Under the pieces are notes generated by a model. That model did no database searches. It was given only the letters and a program-made list of their open reading frames with translations, and was not told the DNA's origin. From assembly GCF_963921235.1 (NCBI RefSeq), contig NC_086097.1:256310001-256374000 (forward strand): 64,000 nucleotides of DNA, read 5' to 3'. Positions 34,201 to 46,699 of this stretch are shown one piece after another (the stretch's first letter is position 1; every line of letters starts with the position of its first letter). The DNA is from Mobula hypostoma. Taxonomy: Eukaryota. The position numbers and the translations under genes are program-made.

Positions 34201-37200
34201 GCAGGAGTATCAGGGACGGAGTTTCAATGCAGGTGATTCAGGGTAGGAGTATCAGGGCTGGCGATTAAGGGCACGAGTTTCAGCGGTCGAATTTCTGGGC
34301 AGGAGTTTCAGGGCAGGCATTTCAGCGCAGGAGTTTCAAGGGTCGAGTTTCAGGACAGGCGATTGAGGGCAGGATATTTAGTGCAGGGGTTTTATGCAGG
34401 AGTTCCAGGTTAGGACTTATAGGGCAGGAATTTCAGTGTAGGAGTTTCAGGGGTCGAGTTTCATGGCAGGGGTTTCCTGGGTCGAGTATCAGGGCAGGAG
34501 TTTCAAGGCAAGGGCTTCAGGGTATGCGTTTCCAAGTAGAAGTTTCATGGGTCGAGTTTCAGGGCAGGAGTTTCAAGGCAGAAGTTTCAAGGCTGGGGTT
34601 TCAGGGAAGGAGGTGTACGGTAGGATTTTCAGAGCAGGAGATTCAAGGCAGGAGTTTCAGGGGTCGGGTTTCAGCGCAGGAATTTCAAGGCAGAGGTTTC
34701 AGTGCATGAATTTCAGAGTAGGAGTTTAGGGCACGTGTTTCAGAGGTCAAGTTTCATTGCAGGGGTTTCAGGGCAGCTGTTTCAGGGGTCGAGTTTCAGG
34801 GCAGGAGTTTCAGGAGTAGGGTTTCATGGCTGGAGATTATGGGCAGCAGATTCAGGGCAGGAGTTACAGGGCATGATTTTCAGGTGTTGAGTTTCAGGGC
34901 AGGAGTTTCAGGGTAGGAGTTTCAGTGGTCGACTTTGAGGGCACGAGTTTCAGGGCAGGAGATTCAGGTCAGGAGCATCAGGGAAGGAGTTTCAATGCAG
35001 GTGATTCAGGGCAGGAGTTTCAGGGGACCAGTTTCAGGGCTGCTGTTTCAGGGCAGGGGATTCAGGGCAGGAGTTTCAGGACAGGAGTTTCAGGACAGGA
35101 TTTTCAGGGGTCGAGTTCCAAGCAAGCAGTTTCAGAGGTCGAGTGTCAAGGCAGGCATTTCAGGGCAGTTGTTACAGGGCAGGAGATTTAGGGGTCAAGT
35201 TTCAGTGCAGGCGATTCAATGGTCGAGCTGCAGGCCAGAGGTTTCAGGGCAAGAGTATCAGGACAGGAGTTTCAGAGTAGGAGTTTCAGTGCAGGAGTTT
35301 CACGGCAGTCGTTTTATTGCAGGAGTGTCAGGTCAGGAGTTTTGGGTGTCGTGTTTCAGGGCAGGAGTTTCAGTGCAGGAGTTTCAGGGGACCAGTTTCA
35401 GGGCAGGTGCTTCAGTGCAGAGTTTGCAAGCTGAAGTATCAGGGGTCGAGTTTCAGGTCTGTATTTTCAGGGGTCGAATCTCAGGGCAGGAGTTTCAGGG
35501 GAGGAGTTTCAAAGGTCGACTTTGAGGGCTGGAGTTTGAGGACAGGAGGTTCAGCTCAGGAGTATCAGGGAATGAGTTTCAATACAGGAGATTCAGGGCA
35601 GAAGTTTCAGGGCTGGGGTTTAAGGACAGGAGTGTCAGGGGTCGAGTTTCAGGGCTGGTGTTTCAATGCAGGAGATGCAGGGCAAGAGTTTCAGGACAGG
35701 GGTTTTAGGGGTCGTGTTCCAAGGCAGGAGTTTCAGAGGTCGAGTTTCAGGGCAGGACTTTCAGGGTTCGAGTATCAGGGCAGGAGTTTCAGGGTTCGAG
35801 TATCAGGCCTGGAATTTCTGGGCAGGAGTTTCAGGGGACCCGTTTCAGGGCAGGTGTTTCAGGGTAGGAGATTCAGAGTAGGAGTTTCAGTGCAGGAGTT
35901 GCACGGCAGGAGTTTCAGGCATCCAGTTTCAGGGCAGGAGCATCAGTGAAGGAGTTTCAATGCAGGAGATTCAGGGCAGAAATTTCAGGGCTGGTGTTTA
36001 AGGACAGGAGTTTCAGGGGTCGAGTTTCAGGGAAGGAGTTTCAATGCAGGAGATTCAGGGCAGAAATTTCAGGGCTGGTGTTTAAGGACAGGAGTTTCAG
36101 GGGTCGAGTTTCAGGGCAGGAGTATCAGGGAAGGAGTTTCAATGTAGGTGATTCAGGGCAGGAGTTTCAGAACAGGAGTTTCAGGGGTCGAGTTCCAAGG
36201 CAGGAGATTCAGAGGTCGAGTTTCAGGGCAGCAGGTTCAGGGATCGAGTATCAGGGTTGGACTTTCAGGTAAGACGCTTCAGGGCAGTTGGTTCAGGGCA
36301 AGAGATTCAATGGTCGAGCTTCAGGCCTGGAATTTCAGGGCAGGAGTTTCAGGGTAGGAGTTTCAGGACAGGAGTTTCAGAGTAGGAGTTTCAGAGTAGG
36401 GGTTAGACAGCAGGAGTATCACGGCTGTCGTTTTATTGCAGGAGTGTCAGGTCAGGAGTTTTTGGGTGTCGAGTTTCAGGGAAGGAGTTTCGGTGCAGGA
36501 GTTTCAGGGCACAGGTGTTTCAGGGCAGAGTTTGTGAGCTGGAGTATCAGGGGTCGAGTTTCAGGTCTGTTTTTTCAGTGTCGAATTTCAGGGCAGGAGT
36601 TTCTGAGCAGGAGATTCAGGACAGCAGATTCAGGAATGAGTTTCAAGGTTCTAGTATCAGGGCTGGAGTTTCAGGGGTCGAATTTCAGGGCAGGAGTTTC
36701 AGGGTAGGAGTTTCTGTGGTCAACTTTGAGGGCAGGAGTTTGAGGACAGGAGGTTCAGCTCAGGAAAATCAGGGAATGAGTTTCAATGCAGGACATTCAG
36801 GGCAGAAGTTTCTGGGCTGGTGATTAAGGACAGGAGTGACAGGAGTCGAGTTTCAGGGCTGTTGTGTGCAGGCAGGAGATTCATGGCAGGAGTTTCAGGG
36901 GTCGAGTTCCAAGGCAGGAGTTTCAGAGGTCGACTTTCAGGGCAGCAGTTTCAGGATTCGAGTATCAGAGAAGGAGTTTCAGGCAAGACTTTTCAAGGCC
37001 TGGAATTTCAGCACAAAAGTGTCACGGCAGGAGTTTCAGAGTAGGAGTTTCAGAGCAGGAGTTAGACTGCAGGAGTTTCACGGCAGACGTTTTATTGCAG
37101 GAGTGTCAGGTCATGAGTTTTGGGTGTCGAGTTTCAGGGCAGGAGTTTCAGGGGAACAGTTTCAGGGCAGGTGTTTCAGGGCAGAGTTTGCGAGCTGGAG

Positions 37201-40200
37201 TATCAATGGTCGAGTTTCAGGTCTGCATTTTCAGGGTCGAATTTCAGGGCAGAAGTTTCTGAGCAGGAGATTCAGGACAGCAGATTCAGGAATGAGATTC
37301 AAGGTTCTAGTATCAGGGCTGGAGTTTCAGGGGTTGAGTTTCAGGGCAGGCATTTCAGTGCAGAGATTTCAGGGCACGGGGCTCAGGGCAGGAGTTTCAG
37401 GGGTCGAGTTTGAGGGCAGGGAATTCAGCGGACTACTTTCATGGCAGAAATTTCAGGGCAGGAGTTTTCGTGCTGGAGTATCAGGGGTCGAGTTTCAGGT
37501 CTGTATATTCAGGGGTCGAATTTCAGGGCAGGAATTTCAGGGTAGGAGTTTCAGTGGTCGACTTTGAGGGCAGGAGTTTGAGGGCAGGAGGTTCAGCTCA
37601 GGAGAATCAGGGAATGAGTTTCAATGCAGGAGATTCAGGCAGAAGTTACAAGGCAGGAGTTTCAGGACAGGAGTTTCAGGGGTCGAGTTCCAAGGCAGGA
37701 GTTTCAGGGGTTGAGTTTCAGGGCTAGTGTTTCAACGCAGGAGATTCAGGGCAGGAGTTTCAGGACAGGAGTTTCAAGGGTCGAGTTCCAAGGCAGGAGT
37801 TTCACAGGTCGAGTTTCAGGGAAGCAGTTTCAGTGTTCGAGTATCAGGGAACGAGTTTCAGGTAAGACGCTTCAGGGCAGATGTTTCAGGGCAAGAGATT
37901 CAATGGTCGAGCTTCAGGCCTGGAATTTCTGGGCAGGAGTTTCAGGGTAGGAGTTTCAAGGCAGGAGTTTCAGAGTAGGAGTTTCAGAGTAGGAGTTAGA
38001 CTGCAGGAGTTTCACAGCAGGCGTTTTATTGCAGTAGTGTCAGGTCGGGAGTTTTGAGTGTCGAGTTTCAGGGCAGGAATTTCAGGGGACCAGTTTCAGG
38101 GCAGGTGTTTCAGGGCAGAGTTTGCGAGCTGGAGTATCAATGGTCGAGTTTTAGGTCTGTATTTTCAGGGGTCGAATTTCAGGGCAGGAGTTTTAGGGTA
38201 GGAGTTTCAATGGTCGACTTTGAGGGCTGGAGTTTGAGGGCAGGAGGTTCAGCTCAGGAGTATCAGGGAATGAGTTTCAATACAGGAGATTCAGGGCAGA
38301 AGTTTCAGGGCTGATGTTTAAGCACAGGAGTTTCAAGGGTCGAGTTTCAGGGCTGGTGTTTCAGTGAGGTTGTTACAGGGCAGGAGGTTCAGTGGTCAAG
38401 TTTCAGGGCAGGCGATTGAATGGTCGAGCTGCAGGCCAGGGGTTTCAGGGCAGGAGTATCAGGACAGGAGTTTCAGAGAAGGAGTTTCATTGCTGGAATT
38501 TCACTGCAGGCGTTGCAGGGCAGGAGTTTCAGGGCAGGAGTATTAGGGCAGGGGTTTCAGCGAATGAGTTTCAGAGTAGGAATTTAGGGCACGTGTTTCA
38601 GATGTGGTGTTTCAGAGGTCGGGTTTCAGTGCAGGAGTTTTAGGGCAGCAGTTACGGGCTTGGTGTTTCAGAGGGTGAGTTTCAGAGCAGGAGATTCAAG
38701 GAAGGAGTTTCATTGCAGGGTTTCAGGGCAGCTGTTTCAAGGGTCGAGTTTCAGGGAAGGAGTTTCAGGGCAGGAGTTTCAGGGGTAGGGTTTCAGGGCT
38801 GGAGATTATGGGCAGCAGATTCAGGGCAGGAGTTACAGGGCTGGATTTTCAGGTGTTGAGATTCAAGGCAGGAGTTTCAGGGTAAGAGTTTCAGTGGTCG
38901 ACTTTGAGGGCCGGAGTTTGAGGGCAGGAGATTCAGGGCAGAAATTTCAGGGCTGGTGTTTAAGGACAGGAGTTTCAGGGGTCGAGTTTCAGGGAAGGAG
39001 TTTCAATGCAGGTGATTCAGGGCAGGAGTTTCAGGGCACCAGTTTCAGGGCTGGTGTTTCAGGGCAGGGGATTCAGGGCAGGAGTTTCAGGACAGGATTT
39101 TCAGGGTCGAGTTTCAAGCAAGCAGTTTCAGAGGTCCAGTGTCAAGGAAGGCGTTTCAGGGCAATTGTTTCAGGGCAGGAGGTTCAGGGGTCAAGTTTCA
39201 GGGCAGGCGATTCAATGGTCGAGCTGCAGGCCAGGGGTTTCAGGGCAGGAGTATCAGGACAGGAGTTTCAGAGTAGGAGTTTCAGTGCAAGAATTTCACG
39301 GCAGGCGTTGCAGGGCAGGAGTTTCAGGGCAGGAGTTTTAGGGCAGGAGTTTCAAGGCAGGAGTTTTGGTGGACGAGTTTCAGGCCAGGAGTTTCTGAGC
39401 AGGAGATTCAGAACAGCAGATTCAGGAATGAGTTTCAAGGTTCTAGTATCAGGTCTGGAGTTTCAGGGGTAAAGTTTCAGGGCAGGCGTTTCAGTGCAGT
39501 GACTTCAGGGCATGGGGCTCACGGCAGGAGTTTCAGGGGTCGAATTTTAGGTCAGGTGTTTCAGAGCAGGAAAGTCAGGTCAGAAGATTCAGGGCTGAAA
39601 TTTCAGTGGTCGATTTTCAGGTCTGGATTTTCAGGGCAGGAGTTTCAGGGCAGAGGTTTAAGGGCAGGTGATTCAGGGCAGGATTTTCAGGGGACGAGTT
39701 TGAGGGCAGGGGATTCAGGAGTCTAGTTTCATGGCAGGCGTTTCAGGGCAGGAATTTCAGGGCAGGTCTTTTCGAGCTGGAGTATCAGGGGTCGAGTTTC
39801 AGGTCTGTATTTTCAAGGGTCGAATTTCAGGGCAGAGGTTTGAGTGCAGGAAGTTCAGCTCAGGAGTATCACGGAATGAATTTCAATGCAGGAGATTCAG
39901 GGCAGAAGTTTCAGGGCTGGTGTTTAAGGACAGGAGTTTCAGGGGTCGAGTTCCAAGGCAGGAGTTTCACAGGTCGAGTTTCAGGGCAGCACTTTCAGTG
40001 TTCGAGTATCAGGGAAGGAGTTTTAGGTAAGACGCTTCAGGGCAGGTGGTTCAGGGCAGGAGTTTCAGAGTAGGAGTTTCAGAGTAGGAGTTAGACTGCA
40101 GGAGTTTCACGGCAGTCGTTTTATTGCAGGCATGTCAAGTCAGGAGTTTTGGGTGTCGAGTTTCAGGGCAGGAGTTTTAGTGCAGGAGTTTCAGGGGACC

Positions 40201-43200
40201 AGTTTCAGGAAGGTGTTTCAGGGCAGAGTTTGCGAGCTGGAGTATCAGGGGTCGAGTTTCAGGTCTGTCTTTTCAGGGCAGGAGTTTCAGGGTAGGAGTT
40301 TCAATGCTCGACTCTGAGGGCTGGAATTTGAGGGCAGGAGGTTCAGCTCAGGAGTATCAGGGAATGAGTTTCAATACAGCAGATTCATGGCAGAAGTTTC
40401 AGGGCTGATGTTTAAGGACAGAAGTTTCAGGGGTCGAGTTTCAGGGCTAGTGCTTCAACGCAGGAGATTCAGGGCAGCAGTTTCAGGACAGGATTTTCAG
40501 GGGTCCAGTTCCAAGCAAGCAGTTTCAGAGGTCCAGTGTCAAGGCAGGCGTTTCAGGGCAATTGTTACAGGGCAGGAGGTTCAGGGGTCAAGTTTCAGGG
40601 CAGGCGATTCAATGGTCGAGCTGCAGGCCAGGGGTTTCAGGGCAGGAGTATCAGGACAGGAGTTTTAGGGCAGGAGTTTCAAGGCAGGAGTTTTGGTGGA
40701 CGAGTTTCAGGCCAGGAGTTTCTGAGCAGGAGATTCAGGACAGCAGATTCAGGAGTGAGTTTCAACGTCCTAGTATCAGGTCTGGAGATTCAGGGGTAAA
40801 GTTTCAGGGCAGGCGTTTCAGTGCAGTGACTTCAGGGCATGGGGCTCAGGGCAGGAGATTCAGGGCTCGAGTGTCAGGGCTTTATTTTCAGGGTTCGAAT
40901 TTTAGGTCAGGTGTTTCAGAGCAGGAAAGTCAGGTCAGAAGTTTCAGGGCTGAAATTTCAGTGGTCGAGTTTCAGGTCTGGATTTTCAGGGCAGGAGTTT
41001 CAGGGCAGAGGTTTAAGGGCAGGTGATTCAGGGCAGGATTTTCAGAGGTCGAGTTTGAGTGCAGGGGATTCACGAGTCTAGTTTCATGGGAGGCGTTTCA
41101 GGACAGGAATTTCAGGGCAGGTGTATTCGAGCGGGAGTATCAGGGGTCGAGTTTCAGGTCTGTATTTTCAAGGGTCGAATTTCAGGCCAAGCGTTTCAGG
41201 GTAGGAGTTTCAATGATCGACCTTGAGGGCAGGAGGTTCAGCTCAGGAGTATCAGGGAATGAATTTCAATGCAGGAGATTCAGGGCAGAAGTTTCAGGGC
41301 TGGTGTGTAAGGACAGGAGTTTCAGGGGTCGAGTTTCAGGGCTGGTGTTTCAATGCAGGAGATATAGGGCAGGTGTTTCAGGGGTCGAGTTCCAAGGCAG
41401 GAGTTTCACAGGTCGAGTTTCAGGGCAGCAGTTTCAGGGTTCGAGTATCAGGGAAGGAGTTTCAGGCAAGACGCTTCAGGGCAGGTGGTTCAGGGCAAGA
41501 GATTCAATGGTCGAGCTTCAGGCCTGGAATTTCTGGGCAGGAGTATTTCTGGGCAGGAGTTTCAGGGTAGGAGTTTCAGGGCAGGAGTTTCAGAGTAGGA
41601 GTTTAGAAGTTGGAGTTAGACTGCAGAAGTTTCACGGCAGTCGTTTTATTGCAGGCATGTCAAGTCAGGAGTTTTGGGTGTCGAGTTTCAGGGCAGGACT
41701 TTCAGGGGACCAGTTTCAGGACAGAGTTTGCGAGCTGGAGTATCAGGGGTCGAGTTTCAGGTCTGTATTTTCAGGGCAGGAGTTTCAGGGTGGGAGTTTC
41801 AATGGTTGACTCTGAGGGCTGGAGTTTGAGGGCAGGAGGTTTAGAGTAGGAGGTTCAGTGCAGGAGTTGCACGACAGGAGTTTCAGGAGTCCAGTTTCAG
41901 GGCAGGAGTATCAGGGAATGAGTTTCAATACAGGAGATTCATGGCAGAAGTTTCAGGGCTGATGTTTAAGGACAGGAGTTTCAGGGGTCGAGTATCAGGG
42001 CTCGTGTTTCAACGCAGGAGATTCAGGGCAGCAGTTTCAGGACAGGGGTTTCAGTGGTCGATTCCAAGGCAGGAGTTTCAGAGGTCGAGTTTCAGGTCAG
42101 CAGTTTCAGGGTTCGAGTATCAGGGCAGGAGTTTCAGGTAAGACGTTTCAGGGCAGGTGGTTCAGGGCAAGAGATTCAATGGTCGAGCTTCAGGCCTGGA
42201 ATTTCTGGGCAGGAGTTTCAGTGCAGGAGTTTCAGGGGACCCGTTTCAGGGCAGGAGCTTCAGAGTAGGAGTTTCAATGCAGGAGTTGCAGGGCAGGGGT
42301 TTCAGGCGTCCAGTTTCAGGGCAGGAGTATCAGGGAAGGAGTTTCAATGCAGGTGATTCAGGGTAGCAGTTTCAGGGCTGGCAGTTAAGGGCAGGAGTTG
42401 CAGGGGTCAAATTTCTGGGCAGGTGTTTCAGGGCTGGAGTTTCAGGGGTCGAGTTTCAGGGCAGGCATTTCAGTGCAGGAGTTTCAGGGGTCGAGTTTCA
42501 GGGCAGGAGATTGAGGGCAGGATATTCAGGGCAGGAGTTATATGCAGGAGTTTCAGGTTAGGACTTATAGGGCTGTAATTTAAGTGTAGGAGTTTCAGAG
42601 GTCGAGTTTCATGGCAGGCGTTTTTGGTGTCTAGTTACAGGTCAGAGGTTTCAGGGAAGGAGATTCAGGGCAGGGGTTTCATGGGTCGCGTTTCAATGCA
42701 GGAGTTTCAAGTCACGGGTTTTAGGGCATGAATTTCAGTATAGGAGTTTCAGGGGTCGAGTTTCAAGGCAGGAGTTACAGGGGTCGAGTTTCAAGGCAGG
42801 AGTTTCAGGGCAGGAGTTTTAGTGCAGGAGTTTCAAGGCAGGACTTTCAGTGCAGGAATATCAGGCATGGGTTTCAATGCAGGAGTTTCAGGGCATGAGT
42901 TTCAGGGCAGGAATTTCAGTGTACGAGTTTCATGGGTCGAGTTTCAGGGCAGGAGATTCAATGGTCGTGATTCAGGCCAGGAGTTTCAGTGCAGGAGTTT
43001 TGGGGCATGAGTTCCAGGGCAGGAATTTCAGTGTATGAGTTTCCTGGGTCGAGTTACAGGGCAGGAGTTTCAAGGCAAGGGCTTCAGGGTATGAGGTTCC
43101 GAGTAGAAGTTTCATGAGTCGAGTTTCAGGGCAGGAGTTTCAAGGCAGAAGTTTCAAGGCTGGGGTATCAGGGAAGGAGGTTCAGGGTAGGACTTTCATA

Positions 43201-46200
43201 TATCGAGTTTCAGGGCAGGATTTTCAGAGCAGGAGATTCAAGGCAGGAGTTTCAGGGGTCGAGTTTCAGCGCAGGAGTTTCAAGGCAGGGGTTTCAGTGC
43301 ATGAGTTTCAGAGTAGGAGTTTAGGGCACGTGTTTCAGAAATCGTGTTTCAGTGCGGGAGTTTTAGGGCAGCAGTTACGGGGTTGGTTTTTCAGAGGTTG
43401 AGTTTCAGAGCAGGAGATTCAAGGAAGGAGTTTCTTTGCAGGGGTTTCAGGGCAGCTGTTTCAGGGGTTGAGTTTCAGGGCAGGAGTTTCAGGGGTAGGG
43501 TTTCAGGGCTGGAGATTATGGGTAGCAGATTCAGGGCAGGAGTTACAGGGGACCAGTTTCAGGCCTGGTGTTTCAGGGTAGGGGATTCAAGGGAAGGAGT
43601 TTCAGGACGGGAGTTTCAGGACAGGATTTTCAGGGGACGAGTTCCAAGCCAGCAGTTTCAGAGGTCGAGTGTCAAGGCAGGCATTTCAGGGCAGTTGTTA
43701 CACGGCAGGAGGTTCAGGGGTCAAGTTTCAGGGCAGGCGATTCAATGGTCGAGCTGCAGGCAGGGGCTTCAGGGCAGGAGTTTCAGAGTAGGAGTTTCAG
43801 TGCAGGAGTTTCACGGCAGGCGTTGCAGGGCAGGAGTTTCAGGCCAGGAGTTTCAAGGCAGGAGATTCAGGACAGCAGATAGGGAATGAGTTTCAAGGAT
43901 CTAGTATCAGGGCTGGAGTTTCAGGGGTCGAGTTTCAGGGCAGGAGTTTCAGAGGTCGAGTTTCAGGGCAGCAATTTCAGGGTTCGAGTATCAGGGAAGG
44001 AGTTTCAGGTAAGACGCTTCAGGGCAGGTGGTTCAGGGCAAGAGATTCAATGGTCGAGCTTCAAGCCTGGAATTTCTGGCTAGAAGTTTCAGGTTAGGAG
44101 TTTCAGGGCAGGGGTTTCAGGGTAGGAGTTAGACTGCAGGAGTTTCACGGCAGTCGTTTTATTGCAGGAGTGTCAGGTCAGGAGTTTTGGGTGTCGAGTT
44201 TCAGGGAAGGAGTTTCGGTGCAGGAGTTTCAGGGCACAGGTGTTTCAGGGCAGAGTTTGTGAGCTGGAGTATCAGGGGTCGAGTTTCAGGTCTGTTTTTT
44301 CAGTGTCGAATTTCAGGGCAGGAGTTTCTGAGCAGGAGATTCAGGACAGCAGATTCAGGAATGAGTTTCAAGGTTCTAGTATCAGGGCTGGAGTTTCAGG
44401 GGTCGAATTTCAGGGCAGGAGTTTCAGGGTAGGAGTTTCTGTGGTCAACTTTGAGGGCAGGAGTTTGAGGACAGGAGGTTCAGCTCAGGAAAATCAGGGA
44501 ATGAGTTTCAATGCAGGACATTCAGGGCAGAAGTTTCTGGGCTGGTGATTAAGGACAGGAGTGACAGGAGTCGAGTTTCAGGGCTGTTGTGTCCAGGCAG
44601 GAGATTCATGGCAGGAGTTTCAGGGGTCGAGTTCCAAGGCAGGAGTTTCAGAGGTCGACTTTCAGGGCAGCAGTTTCAGGATTCGAGTATCAGGGAAGGA
44701 GTTTCAGGCAAGACTTTTCAAGGCCTGGAATTTCAGCACAAAAGTGTCACGGCAGGAGTTTCAGAGTAGGAGTTTCAGAGCAGGAGTTAGACTGCAGGAG
44801 TTTCACGGCAGACGTTTTATTGCAGGAGTGTCAGGTCATGAGTTTTGGGTGTCGAGTTTCAGGGCAGGAGTTTCAGGGGAACAGTTTCAGGGCAGGTGTT
44901 TCAGGGCAGAGTTTGCGAGCTGGAGTATCAATGGTCGAGTTTCAGGTCTGCATTTTCAGGGTCGAATTTCAGGGCAGAAGTTTCTGAGCAGGAGATTCAG
45001 GACAGCAGATTCAGGAATGAGATTCAAGGTTCTAGTATCAGGGCTGGAGTTTCAGGGGTTGAGTTTCAGGGCAGGCATTTCAGTGCAGAGATTCAGGGCA
45101 GAAGTTTCTGGGCTGGTGATTAAGGACAGGAGTTTCAGGAGTCGAGTTTCAGGGCTGGTGAGTGCAGGCAGAAGATTCAAGGCAGTAGTTTAAGGACAGA
45201 AGTTTCAGGGCTGGTGTTTCAACGCAGGAGATTCAGGGCAGGGGTTTCAGGGCAGGAGTTTCAGGGAATGAGTTTCAATACAGGAGATTCATGGGAGAAG
45301 TTTCAGGGCTGATGTTTAAGGACAGGAGTTTCAGGGGTCGAGTTTCAGGGCTAGTGTTTCAACGCAGGAGATCCAGGGCAGCAGTTTCAGGACAGGCGTT
45401 TCAGTGGTCATTTCCAAGGCAGGAGTTTCAGAGGTCGAGTTTCAGGGCAGGAGTTTCAGGGTTCGAGTATCAGGGGAGGAGTTTCAGGTAAGATGTTTCA
45501 GGGCAGGAGCTTCAGAGTAGGAGTTTCAATGCAGGAGTTGCAGGGTAGGGGTTTCAGGCGTCCAGTTTCAGGGCAGGAGTATCAGGGAAGGAGTTTCAAT
45601 GCAGGTGATTCAGGGTAGCAGTTTCAGGGCTGGCAGTTAAGGGCAGGAGTTGCAGGGGTCAAATTTCTGGGCAGGTGTTTCAGGGCTGGAGTTTCAGTGC
45701 AGGAATATCAGGCATGGGTTTCAATGCAGGAGTTTCAGGGCATGAGTTTCAGGGCAGGAATTTCAGTGTACGAGTTTTATGGGTCGAGTTTCAGGGCAGG
45801 AGATTCAATGGTCGTGATTCAGGCCAGGAGTTTCAGTGCAGGAGTTTTGGGGCATGAGTTCCAGGGCAGGAATTTCAGTGTATGAGTTTCCTGGGTCGAG
45901 TTACAGGGCAGGAGTTTAAAGGCAAGGGCTTCAGGGTATGAGGTTCCGAGTAGAAGTTTCATGAGTCGAGTTTCAGGGCAGGAGTTTCAAGGCAGAAGTT
46001 TCAAGGCTGGTGTATCAGGGAAGGAGGTTCAGTGTAGGACTTTAAGATATCGAGTATCAGGGCAGGATTTTCAGAGCAGGAGATTCAAGGCAGGAGTTTC
46101 AGGGGTCGAGTTTCAGCACAGGAGTTTCAAGGCAGGGGTTTCAGTGCATGAGTTTCAGGGCAGGAATTTCAGTGTACGAGTTTTATGGGTCGAGTTTCAG

Positions 46201-46699
46201 GGCAGGAGATTCAATGGTCGTGATTCAGGCCAGGAGTTTCAGTGCAGGAGTTTTGGGGCATGAGTTCCAGGGCAGGAATTTCAGTGTATGAGTTTCCTGG
46301 GTCGAGTTACAGGGCAGGAGTTTCAAGGCAAGGGCTTCAGGGTATGAGGTTCCGAGTAGAAGTTTCATGAGTCGAGTTTCAGGGCAGGAGTTTCAAGGCA
46401 GAAGTTTCAAGGCTGGTGTATCAGGGAAGGAGGTTCAGTGTAGGACTTTAAGATATCGAGTATCAGGGCAGGATTTTCAGAGCAGGAGATTCAAGGCAGG
46501 AGTTTCAGGGGTCGAGTTTCAGCACAGGAGTTTCAAGGCAGGGGTTTCAGTGCATGAGTTTCAGAGTAGGAGTTTAGGGCACGTGTTTCAGAAATCGTGT
46601 TTCAGTGCGGGAGTTTTAGGGCAGCAGTTACGGGGTTGGTTTTTCAGAGGTTGAGTTTCAGAGCAGGAGATTCAAGGAAGGAGTTTCTTTGCAGGGGTT